Made by a program: the position numbers and the translations under genes. This document shows positions 1-12,989 of a DNA stretch of 64,000 bases, piece after piece; the first letter of the stretch is position 1, and every line of letters starts with the position of its first letter. Source of the stretch: Tubiluchus corallicola (Eukaryota > Animalia > Priapulida). The stretch spans positions 1-64,000 of the forward strand of contig JAQGDQ010000584.1 of assembly GCA_030141605.1 (NCBI GenBank), given 5' to 3'. The notes under the pieces are model-generated. The model searched no databases. It was not told where the DNA came from and saw nothing but the letters and a program-made list of their open reading frames with translations.

Positions 1-343
1 AATGGTAAAATAGGGGAGTGGAATCAGGGTGCGCATGGCAGCCAGGGTTAGATTATGCTCGGGTGGTTTGTGTACAAGACAGTGTATGTATCAAACAGCA
101 GTTTACACATACTAACCATCCAGGATTTTTGGTGTGGTAATTCTTGTGTAGATGGCATATGTTCACTGTCTGATGACTGTGTTTTACTTGCAGCATGCTA
201 CTTGGCTACTGGATGCTACTCTAGAAGCTAGCAAATGGGATTTGTCAAAAGATATTATACGATTTCTACGTGCAATAGGTATATAATTGCTAATATTTAT
301 GCTCTCTCCATCTTTCTTTTCAATTCTCTTCATGTTTTTCCTC

Positions 344-347
<4 letters not shown>

Positions 348-374
<27 letters not shown>

Positions 375-380
375 CCTTAT

Positions 381-424
<44 letters not shown>

Positions 425-443
425 GTCTCTGTCTCTGTCTCTG

Positions 444-517
<74 letters not shown>

Positions 518-543
518 TCTCTCTCTCTCCTCTCTCTCCCTCC

Positions 544-580
<37 letters not shown>

Positions 581-592
581 ACTCGCTCTCTC
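348..592. repeat. (CT)n/(CTCTGT)n microsatellite
   Basis: Simple repeat seen directly; explains ORFs 184..594, 235..630 and 287..625. Confidence 0.97.
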
Positions 593-849
593 AAAGAAAC
601 TCCTTGTGGTTTAATGGAAATATAGTCTGATCATTGTTTGTGCTATCCTGCAGCAAGATTCGGATGCATATCTGAACCTTGTCTAGTATTAATACAATTT
701 ATTTCAAGTGTTTAAAACGCTTCTAGTTGCATTACATATTTCTAAATAAATTGTAAGATAAATCCTCTGTCTTTTAACAAGAAAGTAACAAAGAACAAAT
801 CAACTTTTTGTTGCGCAAAATCAGTTTGGTACCTGGTTATGGCTTTCAG

Positions 850-1105
850 ATCCGAATGAGGTTGAAACTCCTCCGAGAACGCCGTTATATGCTGTTAGTC
901 CTCCCAAATTTGGCCTACACGGAACCCCTCCCCCGGAGCCCAAACGGCACCGATCGGGTGACGAGGGCGGTAGATTTGTGTTCAACAGTGGCGCTCCTGG
1001 TGGTAGGTCGCACAGTACTAACGTGAGTAGCGTGATCGAGGGAACACTGTCGTTGGAAGGCTTGACCATAGCGAGGACCAAGAGCGACATCTCAGCTCGT
1101 TCAAG
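850..1105 (+). CDS. Probable internal coding exon of an unidentified gene
   Basis: GC-rich island bounded by ggctttcag| and AG|gttagt; 256 nt (phase 1 in, phase 2 out), open: (D)PNEVETPPRTPLYAVSPPKFGLHGTPPPEPKRHRSGDEGGRFVFNSGAPGGRSHSTNVSSVIEGTLSLEGLTIARTKSDISARS. Family not recognised. The antisense frame is also open, so strand is not certain. Confidence 0.5.
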
Positions 1106-1559
1106 GTTAGTTGTAGCTACTGTAAAAAAATGTGTGTCGTAAAGAAGTGCAACTTAAAGTACCTAAACGTACTTTTGACCAGTTAGCATGCATCAATTGG
1201 ACCCTTTAATATTTACACAAGAACCAGAGATGGCTTTTTTTCATTTCTTCACATTTTGGATCTGTAAATGTATGACTGAATGAATCCATGTTGCGTTCCT
1301 CTTAAGAAAGTGCCAAATATTCCAAATATTTTCCTTAGATTTGTTATAATGGCTCTTTTACCATTTTCTTTATAAATTAAAAGAGATCAGAATAGGCAGA
1401 TGTGACTATTAAACATGATATGCTCAAATAACATTATTTAGGCCGGGAAAAGAGATAAATGGTCGTCTACTTATGTCACAGCATCTTTAAGCACTCTTTA
1501 AAGGAAATACTTATCACTTTAAGACAAGGTAACCGCTGTGATGTGACAAATGAGTTCCA

Positions 1560-2440
1560 GAAACTTGTGTGAAAGGTTACCCAATGTTACAATTCAGACT
1601 TGTGAAAGGTTACTCAATGTTACGATTCACATTTGTGAAAGGTTACTCAATATTGCAATTCAGACTTGTGAAAGGTTACTCAATATTGTGATGCAGACTT
1701 GTGAAAGGTTACTCAATATTGTGATGCAGACTTGTGAAAGGTTACTTAATATTACGATTCAGACTTGTGAAAGGTTACTCGGTATTTTATTACAGACTAG
1801 TGTTACTCAGTATTACGATTCAGATTTGTGAAAGATTACTCAATATTACGATTCAGGCTTGTGAAAGGTTACTCATGTTATGATACAGACTTTTGAAAGG
1901 TTACTCAGTATTTTATTACAGACTAGTGTTACTCAATATTACGATTCAGATTTGTGAAAGGTTACTCAATATTACGATTCAAACTTGTGAAAGGTTACTC
2001 AATGTTACGATTCAGACTTGTGAAAGGTTACTCAATATTACGATTCAGATGTGTGAAAGGTTACTCAATATTACGATTCAGACTTGTGAAAGGTTACTCA
2101 ATGTTACGATTCAGTCTTGTGAAAGGTTACTCATGTTATGATACAGACTTTTGAAAGGTTACTCAGTATTTTATTACAGACTAGTGTTACTCAATATTAC
2201 GATTCAGATGTGTGAAAGGTTAGTCAATATTACGATTCAGACTTATGAAAGGTTACTCAATGTTACGATTCAGACTTGTGAAAGGTTACTCAATATTACG
2301 ATTCAGACTTATGAAAGGTTACTGAATATTACGATTCAGACTTGTGAAAGGTTACTCAATCTTGTGATACAGATTTATGTGTGGATATTTAATCTTATAA
2401 AGCAAACTTATGAAAAGTTACTCAAGCTGGTGATGCAAAC
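1560..2440. repeat. 33-bp minisatellite (GACTTGTGAAAGGTTACTCAATATTACGATTCA)
   Basis: Tandem units seen directly; the 11-codon period produces the CERLLNITIQT pseudo-ORFs. Confidence 0.95.
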
Positions 2441-3641
2441 TTAAGCGAACTTACATAAATTTAGAAGCTTGTGGTGCAAGTTTACGTGAATTTAAACAAA
2501 CCGTGCACCAATTATGTAAATTTTACAATGAGAAATGCAACATTTTTTAAATAACAAACTGGGTAGTCATAGCAAAGCTGATTATTGTAGCCAGTGAGGA
2601 ATAAATTAACAGCCAAACTAACATCAGAATTCTGCCTTTGATATCAACATTAAAATTTATAGCCCATAGCCCTCTTCTTGAAAGAGCCATAGAGGTACTT
2701 TTAAAGTAAAAATTAAAAATTTTAATATTCCGGGAACTAAGTTATTTGGTATTTAGTTTGTTCAAATTGTGAAAAGGAAGACAAGGAGTTTAAAATTCAA
2801 GATGTCTGAGAAGTTTGCTGGAAGTCATAAGCAATGAATGTGAATGAGTTTCACTGAAAATGTTTCAAATGGTTCAGTGTTTCAAATGTTTCAAATTCAA
2901 ATGTTTCAGAGAAAACATTTCAAATTCAGAAACCAAACTAGAGATGAAGGAAAAACAAAAAACTTCTTCTAAAATTAAGCCAATTGTAGCCAAATTTAGT
3001 CAAATACGCATGTGGAAAATAGCCAGAATAGGCCAAATTTCGACAGCAAATTCCAGAATCTTTGTTAAATAGCTAAGCGTATACTATAGAGCGTTTGTGG
3101 TGCCAGTTAGGTTGTTACTACCAACTTGAAACTTGAACTTTGCCAAAACCCAAATATGAACTTGAACTTAAGTAAAGTTCATTCTAGCTGGGAGGAATTT
3201 GAATTGAACAAGTTCATCTTTAGTGAAACTTGTCCATCACAGGGTAGCTGACGTATGTACAAGTGCTTATAAGATTTAACACAGATGAAAACGATCATGG
3301 CATACTTGAACGTTACGTAATTAGCTTCTAAGAACAGAAAGCAGGAACGGAGTGGGAACTAAACAAAAGCAGGAAATATGAAAAAGTTAGGTCTCGGGAT
3401 TGATCCCTGGTTGTATCGTGGCCCCTTGGTGTTCAACTGTTACCCAAATGTTTATGGTTCAAATGCATGCTCAGCCATTTTTCACGTTAATATCCTTTTG
3501 ATCAAATTAAGTTTCGTTAATTCAGTAATTGTGGGCTTCTAGCTGAACAAAATCACAATTGGAGTTCATACAACAAAAATTAAGAGACCAAAATTTAAAA
3601 TTGGCCACTTTGAAAAGGGGGAGTAAATCGCTTGGTAAACA

Positions 3642-3969
3642 TGTTGTTGTTGTTGTTGGCATCCTTCTGTCTCGGAAGACAATGGAGTGTGCTCCAAGAG
3701 AGTCTGTTATTGATCACATTGATGGAGCTGCAGTGTCGACTGTGGCTGAGCAATCCGATCCTTGAGCCACTGGAGTGGCCTCTCCAGGGCGCACGCCTGG
3801 GCAAGGTGTATGGAGATCCTGAGTTGCCCAGACAACAGGAACCCCGTCTCTTCCTCTCTGGTGTAGTCCAAAGGAAAGCGGAACGATACGTTTGGCACCA
3901 GATAGGCTGCAGGAGTTGCCGGAGTCAGTGAGCATGCTGCATTGGTCCGCCTTCGGGGCTCCACTCCTG
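3642..3969 (-). mobile_element. 5'-truncated copy of the 5S-headed SINE, with RTE-like 3' tail and (CAA)n end
   Basis: Near-identical to 42852-43086. Its extra tail segment reads SRIGLLSHSRHC, like the C-terminus of RTE LINE ORFs. Confidence 0.85.
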
Positions 3970-4029
3970 ATTTGGAAGGTTTACTCCTCGAGCAATGTAA
4001 CCGAACGAAGTACACGAGGTTACGTATTG

Positions 4030-4400
4030 CTGAAAGGAAGCATACTATTTTTTCAAAAATGACTTACGTGAAAGAATTATTACCACACAAACACAATTTC
4101 ATGTTCGTGCCACTAGTTCTTCGCTGTTACATGTATCTCGCCATTCGCTAGTTAGTCGGGCCTTAACGTCTGCATTTCGGAAACGCATTGCACAAAAAAC
4201 AGTTGCTGTACCTCTGACTTCAGATGTGTTAATTTGTGGCGAACTACAAACGTTCAGCAGCGTATGCGTGTGTACAACGGTAAATTTAAAATTTCAATTT
4301 TTATCTCAGAATTTGCTGAGATTTGCTGAGATTACACTTAATGTTGTGCAGTAGCACTGTCGTTCAATTTTCGCTTTCACAAACACCTGCAGTAGAATAT
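4030..4400. repeat. Dispersed repeat, inverted partner at about 49790-50040
   Basis: taccacacaaacacaatttc...ttcgctgttacatg here matches the reverse complement of catgtaacagcgaa...gaaattgtgtttgtgtggta near 49.95 kb. Confidence 0.7.
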
Positions 4401-4817
4401 ATATGCTGTTGAAGATTGTGTTCGTTTGTAACGTAATCACTAGTTGGACTCGCCCATCGTTAACTAAGTTTTTAACACTTTGTTTAATTATCAGAAGCGC
4501 CTTTAAGTACTAGGCTAATTAGGTTAAAATGTATACTTGAAAATGGGGTAATATATAGAAAATCATCATCATCCTTTAATATTAACTCTTCTTTTAATAT
4601 GAGTCATCACCTCACATTATTATTGGCTGTTCTTTCCGAGAATGATGACTGACACAATCCTTGACTGTTCCACACATAGCTGCTGATAATCATCTTCAAT
4701 AGAACATGCATAAATTTTCATAACATTTTCGTTAAAACGATTATATTTTTAGTTTGCGTATGCGCTCGTAGATATACATGTTGTACAAGAAATAATATGG
4801 GAAGAAGAAAAAGAAAA

Positions 4818-4828
4818 TCAACAACAAC

Positions 4829-4867
<39 letters not shown>

Positions 4868-4979
4868 AGACAGCGACAGCAACAACGACAACGACAGCAA
4901 CAGCAGCAGCACTACCACTACCACCACCACCAACAACAACAACAACACTACCACCACCACCACCACCACCACCACCAGC

Positions 4980-5013
<34 letters not shown>

Positions 5014-5212
5014 GTAGCAGCACTACCACTACCACCACCACCACCAACAACAACAACACTACCACCACCACCACCACCACCACCACCACCACCACCACCA
5101 CCACCACCACCAGCAACAACAAAAACAAGAGCAACAACAACAGCAACAACATCAACACCAAAAACAGTAGCAGCAGCACCACTACCAACACCAACAACAA
5201 CAATAGCAACGG
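4818..5212. repeat. (AAC)/(ACC)/(AGC) compound trinucleotide microsatellite
   Basis: Seen directly. Confidence 0.95.
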
Positions 5213-7349
5213 TAATTGAACGGTAACTATAACTGTGGCAGCAAGAATTATATTTGATTAAATTCTTAGCAACAATATCACCATCTCATGAAACAACAGC
5301 GAAATATGAAAACCTGTAACAACAGTCACAACCATAGGTTTATGTTCGACGTTTCTGTGACAACAGCAACACGAGAATCAGTCGACATTCTAGTACAATT
5401 CTCAGGTTGGACAAATTTCATTCAACCATTTAATAAAAAATAAGATAATAATTATAAATTTTGTTTCATCACGTGTTTATTCGTTTTTGCTCGAGAAGGA
5501 ATTGCCATTTTTGCCACCAGCTACGGCCATAAAGGTATGCCAATTTTTTGCCAAAAGAAATGTTTTGATTAATCATGCTAAATACAGAGATGAATGAGCT
5601 ATTGAAACCTGCAAAAAGTGAGAGTAACTTTAGGCACATTGGAGTGAAAGGCGCATCCCATATGAAGCCCATTTCCTGTGTGGGGCGGCTGGGAAAACAT
5701 CCAGCGCCAATGGGCTTTGAGGTAAAGCGTGGCAGTATGTCAAAATATGAGCTAGGGAAATATAGCCATCTGGGATGTGAACAGCATACACAAACTTAAA
5801 GCAATAAACAGTAATATGGCAGTAAACAGCAGATGCGCACGTGGTACACATACACTTCATAATTTCATTTCTGCTCGCAGAGGCTGTTCAGTGTGCTCAG
5901 CATAAGCAAGAGAGTTTCACCGACTGCACTCTGCCGCGCGAAGCGTAACGTTGCGTAATCGCTTTCAAACGCTACGTCAATACGTGGTTGATGTCAGATG
6001 ACCGACGTAGACTTTTTGACTAGCTAACTAACCGACTGACTTTTTTGACTGACAAAGTCCGACGAATAATCTAATTCGCTTGTCTTTCGTGGATCCACAA
6101 ATAGAGGGATTTTTACTAAGAAAGGGAACATAGGCTAGGTCGGCTTGACCCTAGTAGCAACTTAATGATTACCCCTTTCGCCACCTTGTACAAGATACTC
6201 TGCTAATCATCGCACAACCCTGCAGGTATTATGTTATTGTGTCTTTACTTATAATAATAATTCATTAGATATTTAGAATGCATTATCATTAAAATGGACA
6301 AATGCATTTTCCATAATTAAATCCTGAAACAAAAGGAATTTAAAGCAGACTTACATATACGCATTACCCAATGAAGAATTCGAAATTAAAAGCAATAAAC
6401 ACGTAGCTTACAGATACATGTGGATTATAGTAAATACATTAACATAAAAAGTAAGCTAACACCTTTAAACCTAAAATTAACAGGCTTTTACACCAACCTA
6501 TTAACTATTGCAGATAAAGCTAACATTGTAATAGACAATTAGAAATAAAATCACTAGACATCAGCTCAAAAACACTAAAATAACTACATTATGTCCATAT
6601 TAAATTTTTAATTAATTACAAAGGTATTCTGTAAAGGTACGTTTTAAGAAAAGATTTGAACTTTTCAACATTAGTTCATTTTGCAAGCATGAATTACTTG
6701 CTTGCTTACTTACCAACTCATTTACTCATTATACTTATTGCAAACCAGGAGAAACGAAAGTTAGAAATTAAAATAAACCTAACTCATCCATGAATGATTG
6801 TGTTTTGTGTGTCTGTTCAACTTATAATAGAAAGCAATTCTGCATCTTGATGCCAAATTAAAAAGAGAGAAGTAAGAAAGGAAAGAGAAAAGAAGAACCG
6901 AAAAAATTTACAAACTGTTATGGACGAGTATAATTATTTAGAATATTGAGCAGTTGCCATTGCCGGATAAATGCGCTGGCAGGATTTTAAAATTTGCTGG
7001 AAGCTCTAAACTAAAAGGAAATCTATTTCTGTTCATAACATTTGGCAACATCTCATCGTGGGTTGAAAATGATATTATTATGACTCCATGGACGTTAGAG
7101 ATGCAGAAAACGCGTAGCAGAAAGTCACTGTACGCAGGGCGTCCTTGAATTTAGGCGATCACAGTAGATAAAGTAGAAGAAAAACTGGAAGATTTTTTTT
7201 AGACTTAGTCATCTAAAAACGGAATGACACTGGAAAACAATGTACTGTTTTAGCTGCATGGGGCAATTATGTTACAGCTATAAAATTAAGCCTTAATAAT
7301 TGTAACACAGTCCTGCAGAACTGCTATGGTATATAAGAGCATTGGTGAG

Positions 7350-7860
7350 TATCACCATTATTATCATCATCATCACGACCTGGCCATCATCAGCATCACC
7401 ACCTGGCCATCATTTTCATCACTAGTATCGCTATCATCATCATCATCACCATCATCATCGTCATTACCAACACCACCAATTCCATCTTCTGCATCTAATG
7501 ACCTTTGCCATAGTCACTAATTACTAGCATCTTTACTGCCCATCATCAGCATTGTCTTTGTCATATTCTGAATATCATCATCAGCCTTATCAGCCATCAT
7601 TACTGACTAATCTTCATCACCGTCAGCAACAAGTACAGCATGCAATGAAAAAAATCGGCTGCAGCAGCATTAGCAACAATAATAACGACAACAATGGCAA
7701 CAAAAAGAGCACCAGCTGCTCAACACCAACAAAGCAACAAACGTGCAAGTTGCAACACGTACAACAACCACTACCATGACAGTGACGATCACCACAATGA
7801 TGACTGTTGCTTCAGCTGCAGCAGCCTGGTGACAGTGATACTGACGACAACGTATAGACA
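7350..7860. repeat. Degenerate (CAT)/(CAA)/(CAG) low-complexity tract
   Basis: Seen directly. Confidence 0.75.
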
Positions 7861-8525
7861 CGGCAGAGCTGCACGTGACATAAGAGACGTATTGACTTTT
7901 GTGTTATCCATATGGTGCTTATTTAATGAATATCTGGGACGCTCTTGAGATTTGCACATTTTGAATATTTAAAGGAAAGGACAAGTCACTTAGTATGTAG
8001 GGTTTATTTTACTGTTATCACTTAAGCTTCGATAAATTAACAAAGAAATTTGCAAAAAAAGCCTGTTTACAAATCATAAAGTTAATTTATACTACCGTAG
8101 TATAAATTTTCTAGCGCTGTGGTAGCTGCCATTCTGATGTAGATTATGATGTAAATTATGATGTAGCTGCTGGACTTCGTGACTTTTTGTAAGCACACCT
8201 GCTTAAACTAATTCAGACTTCGGAATCTGCAGCTTACTCTGGTGCAAAAGTATCACAAAATTAGCTATGTAAAACGCATTATACTTTTAACGGGAAACTG
8301 ACAGTGCACTGCTTTTCTTCAGCTTATGAATGACGTCATCGGCGGAGCAATAAGTTTTCAAAATGGGAGCACCCAATCGGGAAATTTAATGATCGCGACT
8401 CTAAAGCTATTTTACTAATTACATGAAGCACTTATCATACTTTTATTACTAAATTCTTCTAATATTTTCAGCGAATATTGAAATAGGCCCAGAAGGCCTG
8501 ACCTTTCCTATAATTGTATATGTAC

Positions 8526-11099
8526 TTACATGGTAATGGTGATCATAGGTTTCCCTGATCTTGTTGAGGTCACATTGTCATTCTCATTGTTTCGTTTTTG
8601 TGAGTTTCCTTTTGATGGCCCAGTCACTGTACACACTCCGCCATGAATCTGCAGTTGCACACTTTCGCCACCAGGGCCGGTCAGCTGCAATTCTCCACCA
8701 GTAATATTCAGTTCCGTCTGAGGTAACAATTCTGGTGACGCTTTAGTCACTTTGGCAGAGGACGCCTCGACCTCTGTCCGATCAATGTTCAGCTGCATAT
8801 GTACATCGTTTTCTGGTGGGATAACAATCACTTTTGGTGTGGTCCACTTACAAGATGTTCCAGGCGAAAGCTTGCCATTTGTTAGCCTTTCACTTGCTAC
8901 AGAAGTGGAAGTTCTTGGTGATGGCGACTTCGAAGAAGTGACAGATGCTGATGAATGTGGAGCGGAATCATATGGTGGTGGACTGCTTGATGGAATTTTA
9001 GAATATTCATTATCCGAGTGTAAAATGCGCAATGATTCTTCATAACTCGGTGGTGGAACTGGTGATAACTCCCTTCCTTCCCTAGGGCTAGGAGACCGCT
9101 GATGTGGAAAATCATACGGCGGAGGATCGGGCAGCTTGCAACTTCGCCTAGGGCTGCCATGACTGCCATAGCTTTTAGGTATGTTCAGAAATTGCAATTC
9201 GGAAGAGGACAACCTGTGACGTAAAGTCTTGTCGAGAGATGATGAGGTGCTATAGGGTGGAGGGCGTGGTGATGGACAGCGAGTTGGCTTCACCGAACCT
9301 CCTTTGACCGAAGAACTTGAGCGTGAGGTCAGCTTTCTACCCAATTGACATGGCTTATTTTTGCAAGCAGAAGGAACGTTGGTGTTGTCGGGATCAAGAT
9401 CACATTTTTCTTTTCTATCTTCTGGTAAGTTTGTATTATGATGGTATACACTGTCTTTTGTTGGCCAATGTGTTTCATCAGATTTCTCAGAATTTGACGT
9501 GCTTGTTGATTGTTTAACTGCATTTTTGTCTCCCAGTTTCTTCACACCGTCTGTCTGTGTTGTTCGTTTTGTATCCCCAGAGGCTCCTTGCAGAGGACCA
9601 CTCATCTCAGATACCTTTTGTATGGAAGAGTCATCCACTAACGGACCAGAACGTACATGCAATATTTTACTTTTGGAATACAAGAGAGATGTGTCTGCTA
9701 AAGAGGAACTGTTCCTACTCGGTGATGACACTGCAAGCTGATCCGAGGCATCTCTGGGAAAAGACGATGAGCTGGCATCACAGGATGCAAAACCGGAAAT
9801 ATCAGTTTGAGTAAATGATTCTTTTGCTTTTCGATGCTTCTGAGCACCGCTGCTGTTTCTGTCACGCACGGTTTTAATTTCTACCACCGTCTGAGTTTCC
9901 GATTCAGTTTTCTGAGGCTTAGGCTGAACTTCTTCACCGGTCATTAGTTTTTTACCAGTTGACATTGTTTGGCCATTTTGGCCTGAATGCAACTGTGTTA
10001 ATATTTTCGAAGAAGTGCTTTCACTTTTTTGAAGCCTTTCATTTAGCGCATCTTCAGTGACGGCAGAACTAGGTTCTTCTGGAATTTCGTTGCCACAAGA
10101 GCTGCTTTTTATTGTGGCTGGTGAAGACTTTGACTGAGAGTGTAAAATTGTTCTCTTTTCTTTTTGCGAGCCATATGTCGCCAGTGGAATGTTACTTTTT
10201 GCCTGATGTTTATAATGACATGTTTTACCCTGTGATTCAATTTTAAACTGTGCAACTGACTTGTTAGGATGGAATTTGTCCATTCCACATGGACAGGTTG
10301 AAACAGCAGTGGAGGAAGGTATTATAGAAGATAATGGCAGTGAAGCAGCCGTGGCTGTAGGACTGGGGGTAGATGTTTCCCCTGAAACAGACTTGACTGG
10401 AGATACTGGAGAATTTTCTTTGGAGCGGGCAATAAAGGTTGAAGTTGCATAACTGGTGTGTGGGTAATTGTAGGGTGGCGGGGGTGGTTGAGGTGAAGAG
10501 GATAACTTTGCTGCTGGGAAAGATTGTCTTGATGGAGTATACATTGCAGAGGCAGCAGATGATCCAACAGTGGATTCAAAAAAATCAGATTCTAGGATAC
10601 TTGCAGATTTTGGTTCCTCTGTTGTCCCTGGAGCATGAAGAAACATTTCTCGAAGACCTAATGTTGGTATCGTACCATGTGACAACCGCCTAAGTGCATT
10701 TGTCATCGGGCGGTTGGGGGATCGGCGAAGAGGTGCCATACTCAGGAGAAGGTGCTCGTGAGGTGTTAAATTCCGAGATGGGGACGTCGTGGAAGCAGAG
10801 TCCTTATACATGTTTGAAGTTTTTTCTGTCTCTTTGGTGGCAACGTTAATCTCCCGACAGGTAACGCCAGGTGTCGGTTTGAGACTTAGTGATTCTGTAG
10901 ATGAATTCTGCAATGACTTCTTCAGGTCTTTTACAGAGGAGCCGACTGGTTCCTTGGAACTTTTTCTTGTGAAAAAATCGATCTTTTCCTGCATGCTACG
11001 ACTTTTGTAATGTAAACTTGGTTGTAATATGTCTGGACATATCTCAGCATCAAAACTCAATGATCCACGCTTAGAAGTCATCTCTGTTAAACGTCCCAT
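8526..11099 (-). CDS. 857-aa Ser/Thr/Pro-rich, probably disordered protein or giant exon, with 5 PPxY motifs and a PxIxIT motif
   Basis: 2.57-kb uninterrupted non-repetitive ORF in AT-rich DNA. There is a possible acceptor (ttcctgcag) 9 nt before the ATG. The stop TAA overlaps a perfect donor (AT|GTAAGT at 8530/8529), so it may splice onward. No domain recognised. Confidence 0.8.
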   Translation of the reverse strand: MGRLTEMTSKRGSLSFDAEICPDILQPSLHYKSRSMQEKIDFFTRKSSKEPVGSSVKDLKKSLQNSSTESLSLKPTPGVTCREINVATKETEKTSNMYKDSASTTSPSRNLTPHEHLLLSMAPLRRSPNRPMTNALRRLSHGTIPTLGLREMFLHAPGTTEEPKSASILESDFFESTVGSSAASAMYTPSRQSFPAAKLSSSPQPPPPPYNYPHTSYATSTFIARSKENSPVSPVKSVSGETSTPSPTATAASLPLSSIIPSSTAVSTCPCGMDKFHPNKSVAQFKIESQGKTCHYKHQAKSNIPLATYGSQKEKRTILHSQSKSSPATIKSSSCGNEIPEEPSSAVTEDALNERLQKSESTSSKILTQLHSGQNGQTMSTGKKLMTGEEVQPKPQKTESETQTVVEIKTVRDRNSSGAQKHRKAKESFTQTDISGFASCDASSSSFPRDASDQLAVSSPSRNSSSLADTSLLYSKSKILHVRSGPLVDDSSIQKVSEMSGPLQGASGDTKRTTQTDGVKKLGDKNAVKQSTSTSNSEKSDETHWPTKDSVYHHNTNLPEDRKEKCDLDPDNTNVPSACKNKPCQLGRKLTSRSSSSVKGGSVKPTRCPSPRPPPYSTSSSLDKTLRHRLSSSELQFLNIPKSYGSHGSPRRSCKLPDPPPYDFPHQRSPSPREGRELSPVPPPSYEESLRILHSDNEYSKIPSSSPPPYDSAPHSSASVTSSKSPSPRTSTSVASERLTNGKLSPGTSCKWTTPKVIVIPPENDVHMQLNIDRTEVEASSAKVTKASPELLPQTELNITGGELQLTGPGGESVQLQIHGGVCTVTGPSKGNSQKRNNENDNVTSTRSGKPMITITM

Positions 11100-11440
11100 T
11101 AATATCAGCTGCAGGAATGAGACCGTTTGATGACTTGTGTAGCATGGATACCTGACAGGGTGTGCTCTCAGTTTTCATGCGGTGTCCTAGTGTCCCTGAC
11201 TGGCATTGAAGTTAACAAAAAAAAACGTTGGCCCAATTAAGCAGTCACACAAAAACAGTAAGTTTCAAAGAAACTGGTTGAATCAAATATGGTAACACTT
11301 TCTTGCTTTCTTTACAAATCTGATGGTGAACTATTGCTGCTGTGGCGTGCATAAACAGATTATCGTGATGCACCTGAATTGAATTCAGGTAATTCTTTCT
11401 GCACTAACATAATAGTGAAGCTATCTGTCGCATTACATGT

Positions 11441-12057
11441 TTAAAGAGGAAGTCCGGACATTGGTATTCCAAATTGCTGGCAAGATGACGAAAGAAGAGT
11501 GACTTTCAGTTGATGGGCATTCAGGTCGTTTTGTCAGCCTTTGCAATTTTCATCCGGGATTTATGGGCAACGATATTTTACTGCCTCAATGCATCCAACA
11601 GCTGGTCTATTTTCCTGCTACCCACTACTGAGTTGTTGATCTTTCTCTCTCACGAGAAACTCGACGCAGAGCGGAGGAGAAACAACAAATTTTTCTTCCC
11701 GCACAATAATAATAACCCCAAGTCTTGTTTAGTTTACTGTAGCTTCTGTGCGTTTGACATTAACCCTGAAATAGTCCAAATGCACCAACACATAGTGTAT
11801 TTCACACGCCACCATTTTACACTGACAAATTGTTATATTTTCTTCCAACAGATAAAAAAATATGTCGAACACTGTACTGACCTTTGAATAAACAAAAAAA
11901 ATAAGCAGCCAGCGTTTTTTCAGTAATTTGCTAAAAAAACAAGGCGACCAGCTGTCACCAGCACGTGATTGTTTAGATCAAATTCTTGTTATGTTATGAC
12001 GTCACACAGAAACAATCATCGCCCTCGTCAATGTCGCTTCGGATCCCCAATCTTTAA
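11441..12057. mobile_element. TTAA-bounded MITE-like element
   Basis: Imperfect terminal inverted repeats (TIRs) ttaaagaggaagtccg ... cggatccccaatctttaa. Confidence 0.5.
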
Positions 12058-12989
12058 CTCTATTTGAATCCATTTTTATTTGTTTCGTAGATATTGCATT
12101 CTTTCACGTGATGTTCAAGAACATTAAAAACTTTTACGATTTTTCTTCACCAGGTTGAGAACAATTAGTAATGAGCTCAACAATAGTGTAAACTTTATTT
12201 TTATAATTGTCACAATCGCGAGTACGTATAAGTACAGCCATTCAACTTTATAAGCTGTTATGCAACTGTTTTAGCAGCTAAACACTAACAACAACATCTA
12301 CATTTGCTATGGCAGTCAAGCTGTCGATAAACGTGGTTTTTTCACCATTCGTCGAAATCTCTCTTTAGCACGTTTTCAAAGACGCCTAACAGTTCGCGAC
12401 AATAGGCTTCAGTAAGGTACGAATAAGACTCGCCTCTTCCGCTCTCTGCAGCATCGCAGTCAAACTCTCAACTGAGTGGAGCAGTCAGCTCTGAGCTATA
12501 ATGCATGTCCAACAGCTGGCTTCATAAAGCTGCTACTGATACGGAAATCCCATAAAGAAGTTTCAGTCGCAGCGGTAATCATTGTAAAACTTGTCTGTCC
12601 TTGACGGACGGGTGATAATTTATGAACTGAGCAGTGGTGCTTATAGGCAGAACCCGAGAACGAAAAAATAAACGAATACAAAAGCGAAAATAAACAAAGT
12701 CATACAAGCATGACGTCGTTATGGCTTCCGAACTCTCACAATCGGCATTCAAGATAAACAGGTGTTGCTACTGACACGTGGTGCCACTACGAATCTCTTA
12801 TAGTTCCGGTCTTCTACGTCAATGTTTGCATAAGTTTATAAAGTTCCAGAAAAAGGAGAACAAGGGAAAGGTCCAAAAAGAGAGGAACTAAAGGAAAGAG
12901 AAATGGGAAAAACAATAATCAGCTAGACAAAGAAAAACAAAACGAAGAAAGTAAAAAGGAGTAAACAAAAAAGAAAGCAAGGAATGACA

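Noticed and set aside
8752-11010. Short ORFs overlapping the 857-aa ORF
   Set aside because: Alternate-frame and antisense by-products of a long coding region.
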